Assembly: GCF_018977255.1 (NCBI RefSeq)
Contig: NW_024704742.1
Coordinates: forward strand, 31,498,001 to 31,562,000
DNA length: 64,000 nt
Reading direction: 5' to 3'
From: Callorhinchus milii
Lineage: Eukaryota
Shown piece after piece: positions 14,197-25,620 of this stretch (the stretch's first letter is position 1; the number at the start of each line of letters is the position of its first letter). Position numbers and translations under genes: made by a program. The notes below the pieces were generated by a model that made no database searches, had not been told where the DNA came from, and saw only the letters and a list, made by a program, of their open reading frames with translations.

Positions 14197-16202
14197 CCTA
14201 ACATTAAATCTGATCTTTTACAAGTTGTAACACAGTTATAAGAAATGCTAATGTAATATAATAAAATCAACAAATCAATAATAATTTGATACCTTTGCAT
14301 TCTATACAGCACCTTATCACGTCATTGAAACGTCTCAAAGAGCTACACAGTGCAAAGTGTAGTGCCTGTGTATTTTGTAGGTGAAGTACTCTCTCAGAGG
14401 ATTTAGCCATTTCTGAGCTGGTAAACTAAACATAGATATGTTTCAGCGATCATTATAATTCATTTTTTTAACTACAAGTACCTTATTTTATGGATTTGCC
14501 TCCCCACTACCCCAGCCCCCTACCCCCAGCACCATCATACAGTAAAACTCACACAAGTCTAATCCATATGAATCATATAATCGCCTAAATTGTACATCTG
14601 CCCAAGTCTAGTTCAAGAGCTAATATTACTTAATAATTTGACATAACTCATTACTTTGCATAAGTCACATTAAATGTATGATCCCAACTGATACAACTTA
14701 TGTGAGATTTACTGAATAATCATTAAAAAAAAGGCTGTACTCTAGTAAAAAGGGATCTTGAGTGCAGGTGAGGAGCTCAGCATTTACAATGCAATACTGC
14801 AATTCCTTCTTGTTGCAGTTTTAAGTTCATTTATTACCGGGTTTATGGTATAATCTAAACAACAATGTGTGGAGGGTTTGTTTAGCTGGGTCCAGATCAC
14901 CTCTCACTTTTCCTTTGGCATATCTGAAGTTGCATTTACTGTTGTGCAACTATTTTTCGTGTCAGTCTCTCTCTCTCTCTCTCTCTCTCTCCCATCGCTG
15001 GTGCATTTGAGGAAGCAGCAGGTTGTTTTATTTCCCAGGCTTTTTGGTGGATCTCTCTTTGCTGAGCTCAGCACAGGGCCACACACGAACTCCCTACCGC
15101 CTATTGACCCAAATTAGCATGTAATGAACATGGTTATTGGGAAACGATCTAACCAATCCGGACCTTTCTCTTAATCAATACGAAGCTGTCAACTTGTGCA
15201 GTCACCGTCTGCAAAGCAGGTTTTAAAGTCCCTGAGCCGTCAATAACACATAGCATCCTCTGGTGGTGCCTGATCTCTCTTTGAATGCGGTGAATGGGCT
15301 GTAGTGTGGGACTCAGTGGGATGTGGGCTGATCCTTTGTGAACTATTCACGTCCCTGAGTCCAGGCCAAACCCCTGATCACAGACAACCACTTACTTCTA
15401 CACCACTTACAACCCCCACCTCCCCCCAACCCCCCCCCCAACCACCCACCACACACACACAAACACACACACACACACACTCAATGCTTCACAGATAGAA
15501 GCCATTAAATTATCTGGCGCCACAAGACAAGGAAGGGTAACTGACCTGAAATTAAAGGTTAGCCAAAAATATTCTCCTCCAGATGATTTTGTTTTTATGC
15601 ATTTGCTTGATATAAAAATAAACAAACTGGGGCCAGTGGGGAATGCTAAAAACCGATGTGCTTTGGTGAATGACGGTGCAAAATCATTCTAGGTAATTTT
15701 ACAAGTACAGTAGAAGTGAATTACTCCAAATAAGTCATTTGCACAAGATGTGTTGTGCAACTGAGAGAGTGGTCTGTCCACCAGTACCTGTCTGTCTGTT
15801 TGTCGGATTCCCCACTTGTCTGTATCACTGGTGTTCGTTTGTTTTGTTGGGATTTTGCGCTGTGGGAGAGATGTTGGGTGTTGCTCAGATCAGCGGGTTA
15901 TTGTCTTTAATCTTTACCGACAGTCACAGTCCTGATTCCAAGTGGATTCCCAACAGATTGGGCATTTATTATCCCCAAAGTGTTTCAAAACGCTTTTTAA
16001 AAAGAGTTAAACCCGATGGGAACGGGGAGAGAGGTGAGCCACGGATGCGACTGGTGAGGGAGCAACAGATGTATATGATGCCTTTAGCCTCAGTGTAAAG
16101 GATTAAACCAGGAGGTTGTGAATAAAGGCCGAAATGTGGACTCATATAGAGAGACTCACTGTTAACCAAAGACATGCCCAGAGAAGCCAGGGCCATCGAG
16201 AG

Positions 16203-16726
16203 TGTCTGTGATCCAGTCTGTGTGTCTGTGATCCAGTCTGTGTACCTGTGATCCAGTCTGTGTACCTGTGATCCAGTCTGTGGACCTGTGATCCAGTCTG
16301 TGTGCCTGTGATCCAGTCTGTGTGCCTGTGATCCAGTCTGTGTGTTTGTGATCTAGTCTGTGTGTCTGTGATCTAGTCTGTCTACCTGTGATCCAGTCTG
16401 TGTACCTGTGATCCAGTCTGTGTGCCTGTGATCCAGTCTGTGTGTCTGTGATCCAGTCTGTGTACCTGTGATCCAGTCTGTGTGCCTGTGATCCAGTCTG
16501 TGTGTTTGTGATCTAGTCTGTGTGTCTGTGATCTAGTCTGTCTACCTGTGATCCAGTCTGTGTACCTGTGATCCAGTCTGTGTACCTGTGATCCAGTCTG
16601 TGTACCTGTGATCCAGTCTGTGTGTCTGTAATCCAGTCTGTGTGTCTGTAATCTAGTCTGTGTGCCTGTGATCCAGTCTGTGTGTCTGTGATCCAGTCTG
16701 TGTGTCTGTGATCCAGTCTGTGTGCC
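16203..16726. repeat. 20-bp minisatellite, about 26 copies (CTGTGATCCAGTCTGTGTRY)
   Basis: Exact 20-nt periodicity visible in the sequence. Confidence 0.98.
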
Positions 16727-17165
16727 TAAGCGTGTTTTAAATAGTGATCGAGTTTTAAATAGGTTTGCTTGGAGTGCACTGCAGTGCCCGAGTCAAACAC
16801 ACTCTGTCAGTTCAGCAACTACCTGTTTGTGGTGGGGGCTTTTTAATGGACAGAAATTGAAACGAATCTGCGCAGAAGTCCCACAGTTGGTGATCAAAAA
16901 TATGGTGTATTTGGAAGGTTTGTGTGTGGTTTGAGCGATTTGGGGAGAGAGCAATAAAAATGATCCCAGACCACCCCCCCCCCGCCACCCCACCCCCCCC
17001 CCCCCCAAAAAAAAACAACAACATGAAAGCACGGTGTGAGCTGTCATTATTTGTAATTGACCAACTACAGCGATCTGAACCACCTTCATTATCGCCCAGT
17101 GGGGAAAAAAATGCATATTTTAAATTTTAAATGAACTTGGGCTAAGTATTACACATGTATACACA

Positions 17166-17198
<33 letters not shown>

Positions 17199-19128
17199 CA
17201 CAACTCTAACGCCATCTCCGGGGTGGTGGGGGGGGGAACCCGAATAGTATTCGATAATAATTAGCATTTCCTTTCCATCCTGCTATTTGGCCACGAGGCT
17301 GTTGTGGTACAGGTTACAAGAGCTTGTGGTCCTCTTTCTGGAGCGGGGTCCGGTTTAATAACGTGGAGAGAAAGAAACGCCACTAGTTGCTGAGATTAAA
17401 ATCGTTGCCCCCAGACCTCTGCGTTGCACAGACATGTAAATAAGGAGCAGCGATCTTATTTGGACCTCTTTTAACATCAAAAGCACAGTAACACGATCGC
17501 CTTGCACGCTGTTTGCACATCTAGATTTTCTTTCATAATATTTCAAGGTCCAATCATTCGTGTTAGGATTTTATCTTCTTGCGGATTTTTACTTAGACTA
17601 ACTCTCTTCCAGCTAAATCATTGTTAAATTCAACAAACGTCGACTGCTGTTAACTTGGTCACTGCATATCTTTTTTTTAAAAAAAACATTCGAGTGTGGA
17701 CAGGGATGTGTTGCAAATCTTCTACAATCCCGCTATCTGCTTGATATTATTTTATATTCCACGGGGTACGCGGAAAACCGTTTAAGCACACATTTAGTCA
17801 TGAAGGTTTTTAACGATTCCATCATATCAGCACCACACGGCCACAGAACATACAGTCAAATTTGCTTTACAGTATATTCTGGTGAAGCGCCTTGAGACGT
17901 CTCGACGACGTGATAAATAAGGCTCAAAATCAAGTGCAAAGATTATTATTGTGGTCAATGATCTCGCACATCTGCACCTCGCTCGCCTTTTGAATGGAGA
18001 GGCAATGCAAAAAGGGGCCCAACTTGCATCGTTGTTCCTAACTAATCGCTCAGCCAGGGTTTTATTTCCTTGCAGTGTTTTTTTTGTACACAGCGACATT
18101 TTTTTGGCAAGATCCATCCACTGCACAAAACCCAGATAACCTGACCCAATGAAGAGTTTCAACCAGTCGAAGGCGAGCGCCAGCAACGTGCTGCCTCCTT
18201 ATTTTGAGTCTTTCGCTGCTTCTAATTCGTAAGCGACTGGGAAGGAAAACGTTGACGACTGAAAATGACTGCTATCTTCGAGGCGAAGTGCAATAAATGG
18301 TGCAGAATGAAAACGCGGTGGTGGGGGTCGGGGGGGGTGGGGGGGGTGGGGGGGTGTAGTCATACTGTTTTAACTCTGGACTATTCCTCATGCAATGCGT
18401 TGATCTATATTCCAAATGCAAAGCCATCGTTTTGCTGGTAGATGAAAGAATTGATCTAGATGCCAGTCTGTAGGATATATATATATATATGATTAAAGCT
18501 CCCCCCCCCCCTCCACGCCCCCTCTCTGTCCCTCTCCTCCCCCCTCAGGAAGAGAGGGAATTTAGGTTCTAAAGCAGGTTAAATTCGCTTCGGGATTAGG
18601 GGACACCCCCCCACCCCTTCTGATGCAAAACAATCTATTTCTGGGATGTCCATGTGTAAGTGGGATGCATGGACTTCTCAGTGTGGTTTGGATACTCTTG
18701 AGCCTGGTGATGGGTGTCCCCATGTGTCAGACACCCATCCACCCACCTGCCTGACCAAAAAAAATGCAACACCATCTTAAGTTTGACACGTTCAGTTCAA
18801 CGACTTAAGCGAATACTATCAATATACGGTGACTGACTTGACTGCGTTTCTATAGCAAAGAGAATGAATCTGCTTTTACCACTCTGGCGGCTGCTGTGGC
18901 GACAAAGTGCAACAAATAGTGTAATGACAACAGTTGTGACAGTCGTTCAGATGTGGAGCAAGCGTTTACAGGTTCCTCTGCCTTTATCAAAGACAGGAAA
19001 GCAAAAAAAAATCTTCTCCTGATGTTTCCCAAATGGCCTGACACTGCTTTAAGACAAATTCTTCCCAACTACTTGCACACCTGTCTCCCATTTTATCTGT
19101 TTTAACCTGAGCTTTCACCCTATTCCAT

Positions 19129-19243
19129 CACACACACACACACAGACACACACACACACTCACACACACAAACATACACACACTCACACACACACTCACA
19201 CACACACACACACACTCACACAGACACTCACACACACACTCAC
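19129..19243. repeat. (CA)n compound microsatellite
   Basis: Imperfect CA run. Confidence 0.95.
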
Positions 19244-20181
19244 AGATGATTCCTTTAAACGGGAGCACAGGCATTTACACATATCCTCGTCACCAACACT
19301 GTATTCCTTTATTTTAATCTCACAATTAAACAGAAAGTGCATATTTATCCGGCTTCAGTCGAATTACATGAATTCCGTACGAATGTGCGATGGTGGGGGC
19401 AAGGGGTGTGTGTGTGTGGGAGTGGGGGTGGGGTGGGGGGGTGGGGGGGAGTGGTTAGAGAGGCTGTATGGTATATGGACTTAACACTAAAAGCGAGGTT
19501 GAAATTATTGTGTTCTTCCAAAGTACATGAACTAAGTTGCTGCCCCCCACCCCCCCCCCACCCCCCATAAAAAAATCAAGCGGGTCCCAACAATAAGATT
19601 TGTGAACAATTTAAGCCACTAACACACAACCACGAACACCCTCTTTTAATGAATAAACAATTTCTCGCTTATTTGAACCGATATCCCACCGTTGTTGGGG
19701 GTGGTGGGGGGGCTGGGGGTGGGGTGGGGTGGGGGGGGGTGTTGTTGTTGATTCAAATGCAAATTTGACTCTTGGGAAAAATATATATTCAGTCTGGCCA
19801 TTAAACATCAATAAATCTGTTGCAAACGCCCACCATTATATTTATCTCTCAACGGGAAAAATGTTTTTGAAAAAAATCTCAAGGGGCAATGGTAATATAT
19901 ACAGTATTAGCGCAAATACTGTAAGTCAAAGCAATCGTTTGGTTGGTATAAATGTTGCGACTAACAGTATGGATCTTGGCTGCAGTTGAAAAATAATATG
20001 GAAACATGGGGTGGGGGGGGGGGGCGGGGGGGTATAGTGGGGAAAGTCTCAAACCCACTTGCGAAGATCTTGGATAGTGATCAGGGGCTCAACTGAATAA
20101 AGCCCTCTGTTTAACAAGAAACTTCCCTGCAAGAGTCGCCTGGAAATAGGGACGATCGTTTAACTCCAGATGACCGTGTGA

Positions 20182-20187
20182 TTTATT
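20182..20187 (-). terminator. Candidate nkx6-1 polyadenylation signal (AATAAA)
   Basis: AATAAA on the minus strand about 610 nt after the stop codon. An ATTAAA near 20405-20410 is an alternative. Confidence 0.4.
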
Positions 20188-20795
20188 AAAACGCCTTAAA
20201 AGATATTCCACCCACACCAATCCTGCCAAAGGCTTGGCAATTCGGTTTCCACCAGATTTCCAAACACCAACTCAAAACGAAACGAACCTGTACATTAATA
20301 ACCAGCCCTCCCAGGCTGGCTTTAAACGCATCTTTGCCTTATACAAAAAGTATTTTACACATAAATATTCACAGTTATCCTCTCNTTTTTTTTCCTGTTC
20401 GGTATTTAATACACGAGTTATTTACATGTATCGCCCACACCCCCACCCCCACCCCCAACAAAAAAAAACGTATTTCCGGTCTGAATATATATACTGTATA
20501 TATATATATACCTATTTTGGTATAAAATATCTTCCACAAACCAGAGATTAACCCAGTTGGAGATCAAACGAGTTGTGTCCTTTTGAGTAGACGTGTACCA
20601 GAAGATATGTTGGATCGGTGCTAAGAAGCCGTGGGCTTGAGATCAGTCTTCTCATAACTTATAGACTATAAAAATATATACATCTCTGAAAATGTACACA
20701 GAGAAAGAGAGCGAGAGAGAGAGAGAGAGAGAGAGAGACTGGCAGAGTGAGTTCAGGGCTTTGGGAAGGTTACCAACGAGTCCTCGACCTCTGCT

Positions 20796-21038
20796 TTAGG
20801 AGCTTTCGTTTTCACTTGTGTGGACTTGCAAAGCGGTGGGTTTGTGTTTCTTCAGTAATTGGGTGATCTTCTCGTCGTCCGAATTGGGATCCAAAGGCTT
20901 GTTGTACTCATCGTCCTCCTCTTCGTTTTCCGACGTGCCTTTCAGCCTCTCTGTCTCAGAGTCCTGTTTCTTCTTGGCTGTTGCCATTTCAGCCGCGTGT
21001 TTCTTCCTCCATTTCGTCCTTCTGTTCTGGAACCAGAC
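20796..21038 (-). CDS. nkx6-1: NK6 homeobox 1, coding exon 3 (243 nt including TAA)
   Basis: Acceptor CTCTCAATCCAG. Encodes [34 protein letters not shown]...[25 protein letters not shown]..., the NKX6-1 C-terminus. Spliced CDS is 607+173+243 = 1023 nt, or 340 aa. Confidence 0.98.
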   Translation of the reverse strand, partial: VWFQNRRTKWRKKHAAEMATAKKKQDSETERLKGTSENEEEDDEYNKPLDPNSDDEKITQLLKKHKPTALQVHTSENESS

Positions 21039-21158
21039 CTGGATTGAGAGAACAACACCTCGTTTGAACAGTCGCTGAAAAGAGCCTGAGCTATTTCCAC
21101 GAAGAAACGCCTGGTCCTGCTCGTTGTCGTTGTTGTTGTTGCTGCTGCTGTTGTTGTT

Positions 21159-21204
<46 letters not shown>

Positions 21205-22642
21205 TTTTGCTTTTATTTTCATTGAACACACGTTTTATCCACTTTCGTGCTCTTGTTCGAAACTATCAGAAGTGAAATGCCACTTTCCAGAAAGGCTTCC
21301 TGCCCTCACCCCCTCCCTGCGCTGCAGAGAGATTCACACACTGTGGTACAATATTGCCCGCCGGTTAAGAAATCCTTACGTGCTCGCAGATTAGTTGTCA
21401 CTAAAATGTATTCGTTATTCATTTCTGCAGAAGCCAGGAGGTTGGGATCAATTGTCATTAAGATGCATCGCATTTAAAATGCATACAGGTTTCTCTTAAC
21501 CAAATGTAATTATGCCCTTTTAAAATATTGATGCCCCGTCTATCTAACCTGCATCTTCCAGTATCTTTACATCCCATCTGACTGCCTGTTGGCGAAACAA
21601 TCCGTGAACGGTTTTAACTGAGAAATAAACACTCCAGCATATCTCAGTATCGAGTAGACTCGAAAACATAACCATTTGTATCAGCAAAGAGTGATATGTG
21701 TTCATCGCTGTGAGTTTAACATGACCAAAATGTGACTGATAAATATTATTACAGTATTTCCAGCCTTCTACAACGCCAGGTCAGAAAAGAGACCTCGCAT
21801 ACCCCAGGCCATAATCTATCCCACACTTGCAATGCACAATGTAAATCGCATTTGTTTGCTTTCATCAACTTTCTTTAACGGTTGGGGTAAATTTAGCTCT
21901 GCGTTCCCAGTCGTGGGCAAACGCTTCAGCAACGTGAAGACATAACAGATCACACCTCCAGCCCTTAAACCAGCAGAACTATTATCCCAAACTGCAAACC
22001 AACCCACAACATTTCCAGATCCGATACAACGCTCCTCGAAGATGCGAGAGAAAATGATATGTAAAACATCCAAACAAAAGGACAATTAATTATCTTACCA
22101 CGGGGACGGGTTCGAGCCAATTTAATTTGATGCTGATATAAGACGCGGTGTGTCTAAAGCACGTTTATTTCTCAGTTAAAACCTTTCACGGGTTTCTCAT
22201 AACTTGGGTGTCTTTTTGTGCGTGTGTTTTTTTTTAATTAAAATGAGTGCAAAAATTCGTTCAACCCAAGGCTAAAAAGGAGAAAGCACCGTGGGACTAT
22301 GGACGTTAAATTAAGATATTTTCTGTGCTGCAATCCAGGTCTCACTAAGTGTTCCTGGACTGGACAGTAAAGTCGAAAGGCGTCGTTGTGCGGATGTCAA
22401 ACCCGCCCGTTTCTAGATCCATTCGCCTTTTAATTCGAGTCGTTCAACGTTTTCTTAGTTATTTTGCACCTTTCTGGGGTTTGTTTGTTTTTTTAAAAAA
22501 GAGAGAGAGAGAAAGAGCGAGAGATACCTTTTGGTCTATTGCGTAAAATGCCATTTCCAAATCTAATGTTCTGGTGAACGTAAACTGAGAGCGTTTCCCT
22601 GGAATAGGATTTCTCTTCTGCATTCCTTACTATTTTATCTTA

Positions 22643-22909
<267 letters not shown>

Positions 22910-22969
22910 TTAAAACAAAGATGAGCGAAAACTGCACGATTCTAGCAAAGCAATAATTACAAATAGAAG

Positions 22970-23024
<55 letters not shown>

Positions 23025-23829
23025 AACCCAACGTTTCGAAAATGTGATCATATGTATTTTTTTGGGGGGAGGGAGTTATTTCTCTATCCATTGCAACATC
23101 TCTGACATCTATAAATATAAAAGCATCAACTGGTTATGAAGTGCAGTCTCTTGAGTGATTCCAACAATGCAGAAACGAAAGGAGGGATGATTTTTTTTGG
23201 GGGGGGAAGGGGGATGAAAACAAAAACCCCTTGTGTTTTTTTAAAATATTTTCTCTAAAACGATGCAACATGTATCGAGCGCTTCACAATCAATCCATAC
23301 AGTTGATGCAGTTAGTGGGTACAGATATGAATTGCTATATTATTAGTGAAGAGTCGAGCTCTGTAACTCGAAATGGTCTGCGAATGAGAGAGAGAGAGAG
23401 AGGGGGTGGGGGGATCTCTTGACTCGAAGAGTTGTTGGGGTTTTTTTTTTCTTTGCACTTGAATAATCTTTTTCGAAAAAAAAAAGCGATTTGTGATGAT
23501 GAAGGCAACACAAAAAAAAGCCGCTCTCAACCAAACGAAACGAAACGAAACGAAACGCCCGTTCGGGCGTTTGGAATATTAAAAAAAAATGCTTTTTTTT
23601 TTGCCAAAGATCGGAATGAACGAAAGAAAAAAACGAAATCAGTGAGAAAGAGTGAATTTTTTTTTTGGGGGGTGGTGGTGGTGGGTGGGTGGGTGGTGGG
23701 TGTGGGGTGGGGGGGGGAGTGCAGTAACAGGAGTAAGTCGTAGCGAGTTGCAATAACCTAAATAATGAAAGGGATGGAGATGAGTCGAGTTGACACAGAG
23801 GGTAACGTAATATTTGGGGATAACGGTGC

Positions 23830-24720
23830 AAACGGGTGATGTGAGGCGCAGTATATGCGGGAGTCGGTGTCGTCTGGTTTGGAGGAACCGAGCAACTTTG
23901 GATCTGAGGTCCCCGAAGCTTCCCGCTGGGCTGTTGCAGACGAACCCCCACAGAGCATCGACTGCTTCCCGACATCTCCATTCCCGGCGCCGCACATACA
24001 AATGCGACCGCCGGGAGGGTGCGGGAGGGCCACCGGGTGGACCTCTCGGGTCCCCCAGTGGCTTCGTCTACGGCAAACTCGGCACTGTACTTACGCGGTG
24101 AGCAGCCCAGCCTGGCGTCCCTCCACGGGGGGCTCTGCATGACTCCCGGCCAGAAGATGGGGGTCCTCCCGGGCAGATCGGCCAGCGGTTTGGGGTAACG
24201 GGCCACGGCCGCCGCCGCTGCCGCCGCCGCCGCCGCCGCGCTGGGACTGAAGTACATCCCCGGGGGCGGGGGGCTGAGGCTGGTGTTGAACCGGGGGATC
24301 CCGGAGAGCAAGCCAGAGGCCACCCCTCCTCCCCCCCCGGCGACCCCACCACCTCCCCCGCCGATTATCATCAGCGGCCGGTTCAGGATGTCGTTGATGC
24401 CGTGCGGGGTGGCGGAGGAGGAGAGCGGGTGGCAGGTCGGGGCGGACAGACCGGAGGTGCACTTGAGTCCTGTGGCGTTGGGAGAGGCGCCGGTGCTGAT
24501 CCCGTGTGGGCTGGAGTTGGACGAGGAGGAGGAGGAGGAGGAGGAGGAGCAGGGACCCCCAGCGCCGCTGAGCCCCGCCGCCAGGGAATAGGGGTACAGG
24601 GGGTTCTTCATCTCGGTCATGCTGTGCAGAGCCGCCAGGGGTGGGCTGCTCAACACGAAAGCGCTCTGCCGGCTCCCATCCATCTGCCCGACCGCTAACA
24701 TCACCAAAAGCGGCCAGATT
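23830..24720. promoter_or_regulatory. CpG island over nkx6-1 exon 1 and the start of intron 1
   Basis: Very GC- and CpG-rich by eye compared with the AT-rich flanks. Confidence 0.8.
24095..24701 (-). CDS. nkx6-1: NK6 homeobox 1, coding exon 1 (607 nt)
   Basis: ATG at 24701 gives [28 protein letters not shown], the NKX6-1-type N-terminus. It contains the eh1/TN motif TPHGINDIL, poly-Ser/Gly/Ala runs and [31 protein letters not shown]. It ends in phase 1 at donor C|GTAAGT. Confidence 0.97.
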
Positions 24721-25319
24721 TCTAACCACCAGTGTCCTGAGCGAGAAGAGAGAGACAGAGAGAGAGAGAGGGAGTGGGTGGGTGGGTGGGTGGGGATGGG
24801 GTGGGTGGGGGTTGGGGAGGGGGAGGAGGGGATGGATGGAGGGGGCAATGGGGTGGGGTGGATGTCAGCGGCTTCTTCCCCACCAAAAAAAAAATCTCTC
24901 CAACAAAGTCCAGTTATTTTTTTCCACCCCTTCTGATTTGATCCTTCGTCGCGTTTACTTTTAAGATCTAACCGAACACACCCAACCAACTAACCAACAA
25001 CAAAAAAACAACAACACACACACGCACACACACACACACACACAAATAAATAAAACCGAAATGCCAAAACGAAAAGAAAATTCAGCTTTTAGATTCCCAG
25101 GTGCAGTGATGGGTTGGTTGGTTGGTTGGTTGGTTTGGTTGGTTGGTTGGTTGGTTGTTGGATGGCTGGGGAGGTGCTTGCTCTCTCTCTCTCTCTCTCT
25201 CTCTCGGAATGATTGCATCTATATTTCCATGTGGGGAGAGAGAGAGAGAGAGAGAAAGAAAGAAAGGGAGAGAGTAAGAGAGAGAGAAAGAGAGAAAGAG
25301 AGGGAGAAAAAAGGTAAAA

Positions 25320-25620
25320 GACTTATTGAGCTCTTGTCCTGCCACCCCAGATGAAACGCTCTGAGGCAATAAAACACTCTCATCACTTCAGGCCGCTTTC
25401 TATCTATACTGTTGGAGGGAAAGTGCCTCAAACTTTCCTCCTGTCAATCAAGGCGACCAGTCAGGCCAAGAAGGAGGTATTGTGAGAGTCCATTGGCAGA
25501 TGGCGAGGAGACACCGGGGCTCCAGTCGCCCAACACACGCCTGGATCTGATCCTCATGGACCTGCCATTGGCTCTGGTGTCCAAGTCCCACCTCTGGGCT
25601 GTTTGCATCGCCGAGAGACG
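25320..25620 (-). promoter_or_regulatory. Putative nkx6-1 proximal promoter
   Basis: Non-repetitive block upstream of the microsatellite-rich leader. It has two minus-strand CCAAT boxes (25492-25496, 25567-25571) and an E-box CAGATG (25497-25502). The TSS is not determined. Confidence 0.55.

Noticed and set aside
16203..16726. CRISPR-like array
   Set aside because: The 20-bp units are contiguous with no unique spacers, and the context is eukaryotic.
20385..20385. Single N in the probable nkx6-1 3' UTR
   Set aside because: It is an ambiguous base call beside a T homopolymer, not a biological feature.
23343..24989. 548-aa ORF as a single protein
   Set aside because: It is nkx6-1 exon 1 plus read-through into the leader and intron 1. 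The ATG at 24701 and donor at 24094 define the real exon.
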